From positions 576,001-640,000 of the forward strand of contig CAVOXA010000001.1 of assembly GCA_963700285.1 (NCBI GenBank): a stretch of 64,000 bases of DNA, in the 5' to 3' direction. This DNA is from an uncultured Chloroflexia bacterium (GTDB lineage: Bacteria > Chloroflexota > Anaerolineae > JAAYZQ01). The notes below the pieces were generated by a model. The model saw nothing but the letters and a program-made list of their open reading frames with translations. It was not told the origin of the DNA and ran no database searches. Position 1 is the first letter of the stretch. Each line of letters opens with the position of its first letter. Positions 10,020 through 19,786 of this stretch are shown here, piece after piece. The position numbers and the translations under genes are program-made.

Positions 10020-11861
10020 ATGACCTTGGACATGTGGCTGGCCCTGGCCATCCTGGCCGTGGCCTTACTTTTGTTCACAACCGACTGGGTGCGTATCGAC
10101 GTGGTCGCTCTGGGCGTGGTCGTTGCCCTGATGCTTACCGGGTTGCTGACGATCCAGGAGGCTCTCTCTGGTTTTTCCAATCCGGTAGTCCTGATCGTCG
10201 CCGCCCTGTTCGTCGTCGGTGGCGCGGTGATGAATACCGGCCTGGCAGGCCAGCTCGGACGGCGCATCCTGGCCATAGCGGGGGCCAATCCGGTCCGCCT
10301 CACTGTTGTCATCATGGGGGTGGTGGCCCTTCTCTCAGGTTTCATGAGCGATGCTGCTGTCGTGGCAGCCTTTCTGCCGGCCATCATCATCCTGACCTCG
10401 AGCGCCGGGATCAGCCCCTCAAAGCTGCTGATCCCTCTCGCCTTCAGCTCCTTGCTGGGTGGCGCCCTGACCCTGGTCGGCACGCCCCCAAATCTGATCG
10501 TCAGCGATCTCCTGCGCGAGGCGGGACTGACGCCCTTTGGCTTTTTTGACTACACGCCCATTGGGCTGATCCTTCTGGTTGCCGGCATCCTGTTCATGGT
10601 TTTCTTCGGCCGCCATCTCCTTCCTGATCGCAAGCCACCGCAGGACCTGCAGTGGGTAGAGACGCCAGAGGATCTGATGGCCCGTTATCGCTTGCCCGAT
10701 GACCTGTACCGGCTGCGCGTGCGGCAGGGTTCCAGTCTACTCGGCCAGACCGTCGCAGAATCAGGGCTGGGCCAGCGTTTCCGGGTTTCGGTGCTGGAGC
10801 TTTTACGCCCGCTGCAGCCGAGGCGCCTGCCGCAGGTGGGCGGATTACACCATGTCTCGCTGGAAGGGGCGCGGCTGGCGGCCGACGATGTACTGGTGGT
10901 CCAGGGTGACGGGAGTGACGTGAGCCACGCGGTTGCCGTCTTGAACCTCGGGCTCCAACCTGCAGAGGCGGACGCTGAACACTCTCTCATCACTGACGAG
11001 GCCGGCATCGCCGAAGTCCTGCTGCCTGCGCGATCCTCACTTCTGGGCAAGACTGTGGTGGACGTGAGGTTTGGCTCGGTATACGAGTTGACCGTGTTGG
11101 GAATCAACCGGCCTGGCGCCGGAGGCAAGCTGAACGTCAAGCGGACCGTGCTTGGTTTTGGTGATGTGCTTCTCGTCCAGGGCCCCTGGCAGAGCATTCT
11201 GGCCTTGCGAAAGAATCGCCGCGACTTTGTGGTGATGGGTGAGCCAGAGGCCATGGCCGGTGCGCCAGCGCGCCACAAGGCGCGGATTGCCCTGCTGATC
11301 CTGGCCGGAATGCTGATCTTGCTGGTGACTAACGCCGTACCCACGGTTGTGGCTTGCCTGGTCGCCGCCCTCGCTGCTGTCGTGTCCGGGTGCCTGACGA
11401 TGGACGAAGCCTACCAGGCCGTGGATTGGAAGAGCATCGTCCTGATCGCCTGCATGCTGCCCATGAGTATTGCCCTGGAAAAAGTGGGACTGGTCCAGTT
11501 GGTGGCCGATGCCATGGTAGACTCCCTGGGACTGTGGGGGCCCATGGCTGTGCTTGCTGGTCTGTTTCTGCTTACTTCTGTCTTTACTCAGGTCCTGTCC
11601 AATACGGCGACCACCGTCCTGGTCGCACCCATTGCTCTGACAGCGGCTCAGGAGTTGGGTGTTGCCCCCTACGCCTATATGATGGGCGTTGCGGTCGCTG
11701 CGTCGATGGCTTTTGCTTCGCCGGTGGCCTCGCCGGTGAACACTCTCGTGATGGGGGCGGGGAATTACCGCTTTGGCGACTATGTGAAGGTTGGTATCCC
11801 ATTGCTGGTGATTGCCCTGGTCGTGAGCGTTCTTTGTCTCCCGCTGTTGTGGCCGTTCTAG
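10020..11861 (+). CDS. SLC13/CitMHS-family permease with two TrkA-C (RCK_C) domains
   Basis: ALSGFSNP, GGALTLVGTPPN, SNTAT and SPVNTLVMGAGNYRFGDY motifs, with central RCK_C repeats. Confidence 0.9.
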   Translation: MTLDMWLALAILAVALLLFTTDWVRIDVVALGVVVALMLTGLLTIQEALSGFSNPVVLIVAALFVVGGAVMNTGLAGQLGRRILAIAGANPVRLTVVIMGVVALLSGFMSDAAVVAAFLPAIIILTSSAGISPSKLLIPLAFSSLLGGALTLVGTPPNLIVSDLLREAGLTPFGFFDYTPIGLILLVAGILFMVFFGRHLLPDRKPPQDLQWVETPEDLMARYRLPDDLYRLRVRQGSSLLGQTVAESGLGQRFRVSVLELLRPLQPRRLPQVGGLHHVSLEGARLAADDVLVVQGDGSDVSHAVAVLNLGLQPAEADAEHSLITDEAGIAEVLLPARSSLLGKTVVDVRFGSVYELTVLGINRPGAGGKLNVKRTVLGFGDVLLVQGPWQSILALRKNRRDFVVMGEPEAMAGAPARHKARIALLILAGMLILLVTNAVPTVVACLVAALAAVVSGCLTMDEAYQAVDWKSIVLIACMLPMSIALEKVGLVQLVADAMVDSLGLWGPMAVLAGLFLLTSVFTQVLSNTATTVLVAPIALTAAQELGVAPYAYMMGVAVAASMAFASPVASPVNTLVMGAGNYRFGDYVKVGIPLLVIALVVSVLCLPLLWPF

Positions 11862-11914
11862 GAGGATGATAGCCGACGGACGATGTGCAATGGATGACAG
11901 TTGAGGGACGGAGC

Positions 11915-12748
11915 ATGGTTCATCTTGACCCAGATCAGCCGCTAAACACGGTACCATTCGCCATCTTTGATGTCGAGACCACCGGTCTGAGTCCGGCCTA
12001 TGGCCACCGCGTCTGCGAGATAGCCTGCTTGCGCCTGCTGGATGGCGTACAAGCCGGCCAGTTCGAGTCGCTGGTGGACCCAGGGCGGCCGATCTCTTCG
12101 GGGGCCTTCCGAGTCAACCGCATATCGGCTGACATGCTCCTCGATGCTCCGACCTTCGATCAAGTGGCCGAACACCTGCTGTTGCTGATGGACGGCGCCG
12201 TGCTTGTGGCGCACAATGCTCCCTTTGACCTGGGCTTCTTGGCCGCCGAACTGGAGCGTGCCCGATTGCTGCCGCCGGAAGGACCGGTCGTGGATACCCT
12301 GGTCCTGGCCCGCCGGGCCTACAGCTTTGCCCGGAATGGCCTGCAGGCCGTGGCCAGCGCGCTGGACGTGGAGACCGATCCCGCCCACCGGGCCATGGGC
12401 GATGTCTGGACCACCTGCCGGGTCCTGGAACGGATCCTGTACGATCTGGATCGTCGCTGGGGGGTGACGACCCTGGGCGGGCTCGTCGATTTCCAGGGCG
12501 ATCCCATCCTTTACCCTCTGCCTCACATCCTTCCCCTGCCGCCAGCCATTGCCGAAGCACTGGAGAGCCAAGGGCAGGTGCGGATGCGCTACGTGGACGC
12601 CCGTGGCCAGGAGACCGAGCGCGCAGTGCGCCCCCTGCGCGTCCACGCGCGACGGGGCCACCTGTACCTGCTGGCCCACTGCTACCAGGCCGGCGAATTG
12701 CGGACCTTTCGATTGGACCGCGTCGTGGAGATGGTGCTAGAAGACTGA
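11915..12748 (+). CDS. DEDDh 3'-5' exonuclease (DnaQ-like) fused to a C-terminal WYL domain
   Basis: FDVETTG, HNAPFD and HRAMGD exonuclease motifs. C-terminal RYVDARGQETERAVRP...LYLLAHC...RTFRLDRV is a WYL signature. Confidence 0.88.
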   Translation: MVHLDPDQPLNTVPFAIFDVETTGLSPAYGHRVCEIACLRLLDGVQAGQFESLVDPGRPISSGAFRVNRISADMLLDAPTFDQVAEHLLLLMDGAVLVAHNAPFDLGFLAAELERARLLPPEGPVVDTLVLARRAYSFARNGLQAVASALDVETDPAHRAMGDVWTTCRVLERILYDLDRRWGVTTLGGLVDFQGDPILYPLPHILPLPPAIAEALESQGQVRMRYVDARGQETERAVRPLRVHARRGHLYLLAHCYQAGELRTFRLDRVVEMVLED

Positions 12749-12755
12749 GCCAGCG

Positions 12756-12789
12756 AACAACAAAGCCGCCGGGATTCTCACCCGGCGGC
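12756..12789 (-). terminator. Terminator downstream of tRNA-Arg
   Basis: GCCGCCGGG/CCCGGCGGC stem with TTTGTTGTT on the minus strand. Confidence 0.7.
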
Positions 12790-12801
12790 CGTGACCCCAG
12801 G

Positions 12802-12874
12802 CGCGCCTGGAGGGACTCGAACCCCCAACCTACTGATTCGAAGTCAGGCGCTCTATCCATTGAGCTACAGGCGC
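12802..12874 (-). tRNA. tRNA-Arg(TCG)
   Basis: Cloverleaf GCGCCTG...CTGA-CT TCG AA-TCAG...GGTTCGAGTCC...CAGGCGC-G. CCA is not encoded. Confidence 0.93.
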
Positions 12875-13031
12875 AAAAGCCTTTTGGGCCAGACCCGAGT
12901 ATACCACAAGTGGCACCAGAAACAAAATATATAAGCGAATCTGGAGGATGCGCCCTGGAGGGTCGCAGTGCTCCGGAACCGTCTCAGGCTTGCCGCGTGC
13001 GTGCAGGCGCAGCATTGGAGATTGGCCGCTG

Positions 13032-13823
13032 TCATCGGCTCTCCAGATCTGTGTGAAATCGATCTGTGATGAACATGTGGCCTGGCGCGTGGGTGATCAT
13101 CCTGGGAACCCGGCTGGCCTGGGCCACAGCTTGGGTTGTGACCCCACAGGCCCAAAAGACGGGAACCTCACCGGGATACACGGGCACTGCATCGCCATAG
13201 TCGGGCTGGTTCAAGTCTTGAATCCCCAATCCGGCGGCGTCTCCGATGTGAACCGGTGCTCCGTGGGCACGTGGGTAGCGGGATGTGATTTGAGCTGCGA
13301 GTTCCACCGATGAGTCTGGGATGGGCCGCATGGAAACTACCAGTGGCCCCTGAAAGATGCCAGCGCGCAGGCATTGCCTATTTGTGCGGTACATGGGCAC
13401 GTTGCACCCATGCTCCAAGTGGCGTACCGGCAGACCGGCGGATACCAGTGCCTGTTCAAAGGTGAAACTACAGCCTAGAAGAAAGGCCACTGAATCCTCG
13501 TTCCAGTGGCTGTCGATGTCGCTCAGCTCGTCCACTGCCTCGCCCTGCTCGTACACACGGTATCGGGGCAAATCCGTGCGCAGATCGGCCCCCTGGGCCC
13601 ACGCTGGGCTGGGATAAGGGCAGCCTGTTGCAGTCACATCGAGGACCGGACATGGTTTGGGGTTCTGGTTGCAAAAGCTGGCAAAGTCCGAGGCATAGAC
13701 TTGGGGCAGGATCACGAGGTTGGCCTGGACATAGCCCGGGGCCAAGGCGGCTGTTGGACGCTGCCATTCACCAGAGCGGATGGCTTGACGTGCTGCGGTA
13801 CCAGTTGCCAAACTCACGTTCAT
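13032..13823 (-). CDS. DUF1445/YcsI-family putative hydro-lyase (D-glutamate cyclase-like)
   Basis: QNPKPCP, DLRTDLPRY, FLLGCSFTFE, FWACGVT and ITHAPGHM motifs. Confidence 0.88.
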   Translation of the reverse strand: MNVSLATGTAARQAIRSGEWQRPTAALAPGYVQANLVILPQVYASDFASFCNQNPKPCPVLDVTATGCPYPSPAWAQGADLRTDLPRYRVYEQGEAVDELSDIDSHWNEDSVAFLLGCSFTFEQALVSAGLPVRHLEHGCNVPMYRTNRQCLRAGIFQGPLVVSMRPIPDSSVELAAQITSRYPRAHGAPVHIGDAAGLGIQDLNQPDYGDAVPVYPGEVPVFWACGVTTQAVAQASRVPRMITHAPGHMFITDRFHTDLESR

Positions 13824-14124
13824 GATCGGGGGTCGCCTCCGGAAAATCTATCCACAGACAGAACGTTACCTGGCCAAACAGCCGACCTGGGATCTGAAAG
13901 CAACCAAGGTGGTGTCCAGGTACCCGCATTATACGTGCATGATCATTCCAGTGCAAGCAGGCAATTGCGTCACGCGCTCTGGAATGCTCGCCAGGTAGGG
14001 AATTTGCTGTGCGGCCTGTACGCTCCAACCCAGATGAGCGCTCTTGTCATAGGCTAGATTATCTAGTAGAATAGACACAAGTTCGACCGTTCCATTCAGA
14101 ACACTTTTTCACTGGCAGCGCAGT

Positions 14125-15381
14125 ATGTCGCAAAGCTATGAGCTGATGGCAAAACGGATCGTGGCGGAGGCCCACCGGCTGGGCTTTGACTTGGTGGGCA
14201 TCGTACCGGCTGAGCCGCCCACTACTTTCGGCCGCTACCAGGCTTGGCTGGAACAGGATTACCATGGCGGGATGGCCTACCTGGCCCGGCCGGACGCGGT
14301 GGCCAAGCGGGCGGATCTGGCTGCTGTCCTACCTGGCGTTCGCTCGGCGCTGGTGGTGGGCGCCAACCATCATAGTTATCCCCTGCCCTCTGCGCTGCGT
14401 GACGAGCCTGCTCGCGGCATCATCGCCAGCTATGCCTGGGGCGATGACTATCACGACGTGCTGCTTCCGCGACTGCGCCAGTTGGCGGCTTTTGTGGAAA
14501 CCGAGACGGGCCGGTCAGTGGCCCACCGTGCCTACGTCGATACCGGCCCCGTCCTGGAGCGAGACCTGGCTGCCCGGGCCGGGCTGGGCTTTGTGGGCAA
14601 GAATACCAATCTCATCCATCCTCGATTGGGTTCGTGGCTGATCCTGGCTGAACTGCTGCTTGCCACGGAGATCCGGCCCATCACCTCTGTTCGGCAAAGT
14701 CTCCCGACCGCCGCCGAGCGGGGCTCGATCAGAGACCTCGCCCGACACGCAGGGATCCAGGATCTTGGAACCCAAGAACTCCCGCGACGTGCAGAATGCC
14801 AACCTCCCAAGCGGGGAACCTGCGGCGGTTGTACCCGCTGCCTGGATGCCTGTCCCACTGGCGCGCTCGTCGCTCCTTATCTGCTCGACGCCCGGCGCTG
14901 TATCTCCTACCTGACCATCGAGTTGAGAGGCCCCATTCCCATCGAGTTTCGTCCGCAGATTGGCAATCGTATTTTTGGCTGCGACATCTGCCAGGAGGTC
15001 TGCCCCTGGAACCGGCGTTTCGCGCACCCTACAACGGAGCTGGCCTTCCAGCCCAGGCCCGATGCTATCGCGCCCCTTCTGCTCGATCTCATGGACCTGG
15101 ACGACGAGGGTTTCCGGAGGCGCTTTCGCGGCTGCCCGTTGGTGCGGGCCAAGCGGCGCGGTCTGCTGCGCAACGTGGCCGTGGCCCTGGGCAACTGGGG
15201 GGATCCTGCCGCTGTACCGGCCTTGGCTCGTGCCTTGCATGATCCCGAGCCACTGGTCCGAGGGCACGCGGCCTGGGCCCTGGGTCGTGCTGCCACTGAT
15301 CAGGCTCGGCAGGCCCTGGCGCAAGCCCTGAGCACCGAGACCGACGGCTGGGTGCGAGAGGAACTATCGTTTGTCCTCTAG
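14125..15381 (+). CDS. queG: Epoxyqueuosine reductase with C-terminal HEAT repeats
   Basis: YAWGDDYH, VDTGPVLER, CGGCTRCLDACP, CISYLTIE, GCDICQEVCPWN and RNVAVALGN motifs. Confidence 0.93.
   Translation: MSQSYELMAKRIVAEAHRLGFDLVGIVPAEPPTTFGRYQAWLEQDYHGGMAYLARPDAVAKRADLAAVLPGVRSALVVGANHHSYPLPSALRDEPARGIIASYAWGDDYHDVLLPRLRQLAAFVETETGRSVAHRAYVDTGPVLERDLAARAGLGFVGKNTNLIHPRLGSWLILAELLLATEIRPITSVRQSLPTAAERGSIRDLARHAGIQDLGTQELPRRAECQPPKRGTCGGCTRCLDACPTGALVAPYLLDARRCISYLTIELRGPIPIEFRPQIGNRIFGCDICQEVCPWNRRFAHPTTELAFQPRPDAIAPLLLDLMDLDDEGFRRRFRGCPLVRAKRRGLLRNVAVALGNWGDPAAVPALARALHDPEPLVRGHAAWALGRAATDQARQALAQALSTETDGWVREELSFVL
14688..14747. repeat. Degenerate REP-like palindrome inside queG
   Basis: TGTTCGGCAAAGTCTCCCGACCG pairs imperfectly (16/23) with CGATCAGAGACCTCGCCCGACA, within an extra loop of the protein. 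Confidence 0.55.
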
Positions 15382-15424
15382 GCTGTTGCTCTCTCCACTC
15401 CGTGGCCCCGTGGCTCTGTGTGTC

Positions 15425-16117
15425 TCAATCCTCCATCCATGCGTTGCCCGTGTAGCTACATACACCGACCCGTGGTGAATTGACAATGGGCAGCAACCCT
15501 TCCCCGTACCCTTCCGACTCGTCGCACTTTTCACAGAGGAGAGCATAGTCCTCAAAGACGTCGATGTAGATGGCTGGCTTGCCACAGTGGTCGCACGGAT
15601 ACTCGGGTGGCTCATTTCGCGCCAGGATCTGGATGGGATCGCCTGGCTCGGCCACCCCAATGCGCTCGGAGACGACTCTCAGGGCCAGATGGGTTGTGGA
15701 CCCAAAATCGTACTCGTGGGAAAACTTGATGTCTGGCCAAAGGACCTCGCTCAGCGTGATATCCATGTCCCGGTCCATTCCCCAGCCGTCAGTAAAGACC
15801 TGGACCATGTAGTTCTGTTCCTGGATTCTGAACATGCTCAGGTGCCCGCAGCACTCCAGCCAGATGTCACGGAGAAACTGATCCAGTTCATACAAAGTGC
15901 TATTGTCCGGAACCTCCAGGTTCAACCAGTACTCTGTGGCGTACGTCCCTGCCACCGCAAGATGGAAGAGCCGTGTCTTCCGCGCATTTCTACTGTTTTC
16001 TGAAGCGATGGCTGCTTTGCGCGCTGGGCATGCCTGTAGGTGGCGGGACATCCCTGATTTGGCATAGGACCTTGTACAGAAAGTGCAAACTCCACGGGAC
16101 ATAGGACTCCTGGTCAT
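15425..16117 (-). CDS. pRiA4b ORF-3 / IS1096 passenger TnpR-like protein with Zn-binding motifs
   Basis: CTFC...RHLQAC, DIWLECCGHLSMF, YDFGSTT and NSPRVGVC motifs. Confidence 0.75.
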   Translation of the reverse strand: MTRSPMSRGVCTFCTRSYAKSGMSRHLQACPARKAAIASENSRNARKTRLFHLAVAGTYATEYWLNLEVPDNSTLYELDQFLRDIWLECCGHLSMFRIQEQNYMVQVFTDGWGMDRDMDITLSEVLWPDIKFSHEYDFGSTTHLALRVVSERIGVAEPGDPIQILARNEPPEYPCDHCGKPAIYIDVFEDYALLCEKCDESEGYGEGLLPIVNSPRVGVCSYTGNAWMED

Positions 16118-16218
16118 GGCAGTCCTCCTTTCCTCTTTCGTCTTTGACTGCTAGAACTCTGACTGTTTCTCCAAATCTTTCAATAACTCACAATGACTGG
16201 GGCTCGGTTCTGTCCAGA

Positions 16219-17910
16219 TCATCTTTGTACAATTGGCACATAGATCACGTGATTCGCCGCACTGTCCTCCGCCGGCAGCGATCCAGTACGTCGGTAGTTC
16301 CCCCTTCCGGTTCCCCACAGGACGCGCGCCTTCGCGGTGCCAGGAAAGTCGTAGGCGACAAAGCCGGAATGAGCCGTGTTCAGCACCAATTCCAGGTCAG
16401 CATCCGAGTCCAAGTTGGCAAGGGTCGGGGCGGCGAGCGCACCATTCCAATCGGCTGCCTGTACCGGGCTTGACGAAAGCCCGCTGAAAGCAGGTGGTAG
16501 CTCTACTTCGTGCAGTACAGAACCCAGGTGATTGAGAATGTACAGCTTTCCGGTTCGGTTGGTGCCCTTTTGTACCCAGGAGGCGAATATGACTTCGGCC
16601 TGACCGTCATCGTCCAGGTCGGCGACGACCGGCTCCGAGGCAAAGCGATAGAAACCCTCGCCGGCGTCATAGACCGAATAGGGCCAGTTTCCGTGCTCCA
16701 TCTTGTCCAGCCAAAAGGCGTGGACGCGGCCATCGTAGGATGGGTAGAGGATCTCTTTCTCTCCATCGCCATCTAGGTCGGCCACGGCCGGGTTGGGCTG
16801 GTTATTCTCAATGACGCCATAGGCTTCGGACAAGGGAGCGCCCGTGTCGGTGGGCGGATTCTGCCAGTCGTAGCCATCAGTCTTGAAGCGACTACGGTCA
16901 GGATTGAACAGGTACAGGCCGTTGTACTGGGATGGGTAACCGGGGATACAGTCGTAGACGTTGCCGACGGCGGCAACCTCCATCGTACCATCGCCGTTCA
17001 AGTCAGCGATGGCGGCGGGGCCATGGGCAAAGTTGGCCCTGTACCGCTCTTCCCTTCCATCACTAGCGCTGCACGTGCCCCAGCCCCGTACCTCGATGGC
17101 GAGGCTTTCCCACACGCCTACTTTCCCCCAGCCCACACCGCCATACATCGTGTGGGCTGGGATCTGTATGCCATTGGCCTCGTAGGCGCAGATATAGTGC
17201 ACGTCGGACGGTATTACGATCTCGGCTTCCCCGTCGCCATCGAGGTCGCCGACAGCGGCATTGCTGTTAAACACGCCGTGAGCGTAGCCACTGTCGCTGC
17301 CCAACTGGGGCCAGCCCTGGCGCAGCCCGCCGTCATGATTGTAGACCCAAGTATTGACCTTGTCGTGCGTGGCGCCGGTCACAATGATCTCCAACTCGCC
17401 ACCATTGCCCCCGAGATCATCGATGGCCAGCCCCCTCAGCTCCCGTTCTGTGGGTCTCTGGGGCCAGCCAGGCTCAAAATAGCCGTCATGGTCATAGACC
17501 GAGACGTGGCCGCTGCCATGGGCTGTGACGATCTCCAAGTCGCCGTTGCCGTCCAGGTCGGCGACGGCGATGCCCGGCCAGGTACGGCCCGCGCTGCTGG
17601 CAGCGGGTTGGCTGCGGTCGTAGCCCGAGGCCACCCGCCATTCCAGGGTACCTGTCGGTCCGTCGAGGACGACGATCGAATATGCCGAGGCGATCACTTC
17701 CATTGCGCCATCGCCATCCAGATCGGCTACGGCCGGCGAACTGTACCAGCCGGTCTCGCACCAGGAGGCGTAGCAGCCCCCGTGCTGCCACTTGAGCACC
17801 GGTGCGGGGATGGTCCCCGGGGACGACGCCTGCGCGATCTGTGCCGTTTCGGCTCCAGCCCATGGTACAAACAACATGACCAGGACCATCAGGATTGGCA
17901 TCGCCTTCAT
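16219..17910 (-). CDS. Secreted FG-GAP/VCBS-repeat beta-propeller protein
   Basis: Signal peptide, about 8 (A/G)DL(D/N)GDG Ca-binding repeats and C-terminal HVIYVPIVQR. GGAGG upstream of the ATG at 17910. Confidence 0.85.
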   Translation of the reverse strand: MKAMPILMVLVMLFVPWAGAETAQIAQASSPGTIPAPVLKWQHGGCYASWCETGWYSSPAVADLDGDGAMEVIASAYSIVVLDGPTGTLEWRVASGYDRSQPAASSAGRTWPGIAVADLDGNGDLEIVTAHGSGHVSVYDHDGYFEPGWPQRPTERELRGLAIDDLGGNGGELEIIVTGATHDKVNTWVYNHDGGLRQGWPQLGSDSGYAHGVFNSNAAVGDLDGDGEAEIVIPSDVHYICAYEANGIQIPAHTMYGGVGWGKVGVWESLAIEVRGWGTCSASDGREERYRANFAHGPAAIADLNGDGTMEVAAVGNVYDCIPGYPSQYNGLYLFNPDRSRFKTDGYDWQNPPTDTGAPLSEAYGVIENNQPNPAVADLDGDGEKEILYPSYDGRVHAFWLDKMEHGNWPYSVYDAGEGFYRFASEPVVADLDDDGQAEVIFASWVQKGTNRTGKLYILNHLGSVLHEVELPPAFSGLSSSPVQAADWNGALAAPTLANLDSDADLELVLNTAHSGFVAYDFPGTAKARVLWGTGRGNYRRTGSLPAEDSAANHVIYVPIVQR

Positions 17911-17912
17911 CT

Positions 17913-19190
17913 CTACTTGACCTCCTCTGCAGCCAGGGGCAGGAGCAGACGCCATGAGAGCCCGGACGAATCATACTCGTCTGCCCCGATGTCCGATGCC
18001 GGGCCAAAGGGCCTTTCATCCCCGTCATAGTCGTCAGCTACGTTGGCCAGGGGATCTGTCTGGTCAATGATTTCGCTGGCTGTGGGTCGCAGGTGCAGGT
18101 CACCACCAGCGGGATCGATGAACCAGTCCGCCTGGGCGTTTGTCTCATTCTCGCGCACGGTGCTTTGAGCGCCATCCCGGTTGGCCCAGATGCGCATATT
18201 GGTCAAGTTGTAGGCAAAAGTCCCCGCGCTGTCAGGGAACCGGGCCTCCATGCCCCAGGTTAAGCCTGGCGATGGATTGAGCAAGAGAGCGGTGTTGTGG
18301 GCGACCACCCAGCCTCGGGCGTGGACCATGTCGAGTACGGTATCGTGGGGCAGGCTGGCATAGATCATGTTGTTGCGCACAATCCCGCCGCTGTGATCCC
18401 CACTGCCGTGGCTGGCGTTCCCAAAGGCGATGCCCTGGTAGCAGTCGACGAGCAGGTTTCGCTCGACTACAGTATCTGAGGAACCGGACCAGAAGAGGAT
18501 GGTCGGGATGGGGGCATTGCCCGGCGTCCGGATGCGGTACCATTGGTTGTCGCGCACGATCCAGCGGTGCGCCTGGTGAGCACTGATGCCGTTGGTGTAT
18601 TCGTCAGGCGCCGAGGTGGTGTATTCCAGGCGTGAGCAGGCCAATAGCCCGTCCTCACTGCCATTGCCCGCCGGGTTCACCTTGACGAGCTGGTCGCCAG
18701 TATCGAGGACATGAAGGTTGTACAGAACCGGCCGGTCAGCGCCCTGTATGGAAACGCCATGGTCCCGAGCGTTGCGGATGGTGAGATCGGCGATTGTCAC
18801 ATCGCTGGCCGAGACCAGGATGCCGAAACGTCCCGAGTCCATGCCGCCAAAATCCAGTACGACTTCGCCCCGCTTCCCGGACGCGCCGCGCAAAGTGATC
18901 CCGTTGTTCACAAAGTGAACATAATCGGTCATCGCATAGGTACCTGCCATGACCAGGATCGTTGTGCCTGGTGCTGCGTAGAGCGTCTGGTGGCGCAATG
19001 CCTCCTCAGTCGAGACGCTGATCGTGGGCGCTTCAGGTGGCGGCAGGGGCGGGCAACGAATCGCAGAGGGTCCCTGTACCAGTGGCGGGGCCGTTGCTTG
19101 CAGCGACGAGGCCGGTGGTCGTAGCAAGACACAAAGAATCAGCGCCAGAAAGCTCACGACCAGCCGGCGCAGCCTTGCCGCATCTGGCAT
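17913..19190 (-). CDS. Secreted right-handed parallel beta-helix protein
   Basis: Signal peptide, IADLTIRN and IVRNN beta-helix repeats, and a C-terminal DLHL...DYDGDER...DIGADEY cap. Confidence 0.8.
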   Translation of the reverse strand: MPDAARLRRLVVSFLALILCVLLRPPASSLQATAPPLVQGPSAIRCPPLPPPEAPTISVSTEEALRHQTLYAAPGTTILVMAGTYAMTDYVHFVNNGITLRGASGKRGEVVLDFGGMDSGRFGILVSASDVTIADLTIRNARDHGVSIQGADRPVLYNLHVLDTGDQLVKVNPAGNGSEDGLLACSRLEYTTSAPDEYTNGISAHQAHRWIVRDNQWYRIRTPGNAPIPTILFWSGSSDTVVERNLLVDCYQGIAFGNASHGSGDHSGGIVRNNMIYASLPHDTVLDMVHARGWVVAHNTALLLNPSPGLTWGMEARFPDSAGTFAYNLTNMRIWANRDGAQSTVRENETNAQADWFIDPAGGDLHLRPTASEIIDQTDPLANVADDYDGDERPFGPASDIGADEYDSSGLSWRLLLPLAAEEVK

Positions 19191-19327
19191 GGCTTCATCT
19201 CCTTTCAGGGCCCGACCATCATACCACCAAATGCAGTGTGCGTCAATCGTCAGGATGTGGTATAATGCCGCCCACCTGTAATCAGGCTGACTGTCTTGTA
19301 CAGTGGCCGGCTCAGAAGGAGGAGACT

Positions 19328-19786
19328 ATGACCGTTGAAAAAATCCTGCGCGAAGCGATTCAGGGCGAGATTGAGGCGCACCTGCTATACACCGAGGCCG
19401 CAGACATGGTACAGGAAGATTACGTCAAGCAGACCTTGCGGGAATTAGCACAGGAGGAGCAGGGGCACAGGTTTGCCCTGGAAAGAATGCTGGTCAACCC
19501 CGACCAGATCAGCTATAGCGTGCGCAAACTTCAGGAGGAAACGGTCGAGGACTATCAGATCGGTGACCACCTGGTCGCCCAGCCCCTGGGACCCAATTCG
19601 ACCTTCCAGGACGTCTGCATCTTTGCCTCAAAGAAGGAGCAGCAGTCCTACGAGCTCTACCGGGACATGGCGGCGCAGAATGAGGGCGAGCTGAGTGAAC
19701 TGCTGGAGGCCATGGCCAAAGACGAGCTACGCCACAAGAACCTGGTGGAGGGCTGGTACGAGGAAGTTGTTTACCAGGAGTTCTAG
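19328..19786 (+). CDS. Ferritin-like/rubrerythrin-family diiron protein
   Basis: E..A..LY, EEQGH, EQQSYELY and DELRH diiron motifs. AAGGAGG RBS. Confidence 0.85.
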   Translation: MTVEKILREAIQGEIEAHLLYTEAADMVQEDYVKQTLRELAQEEQGHRFALERMLVNPDQISYSVRKLQEETVEDYQIGDHLVAQPLGPNSTFQDVCIFASKKEQQSYELYRDMAAQNEGELSELLEAMAKDELRHKNLVEGWYEEVVYQEF

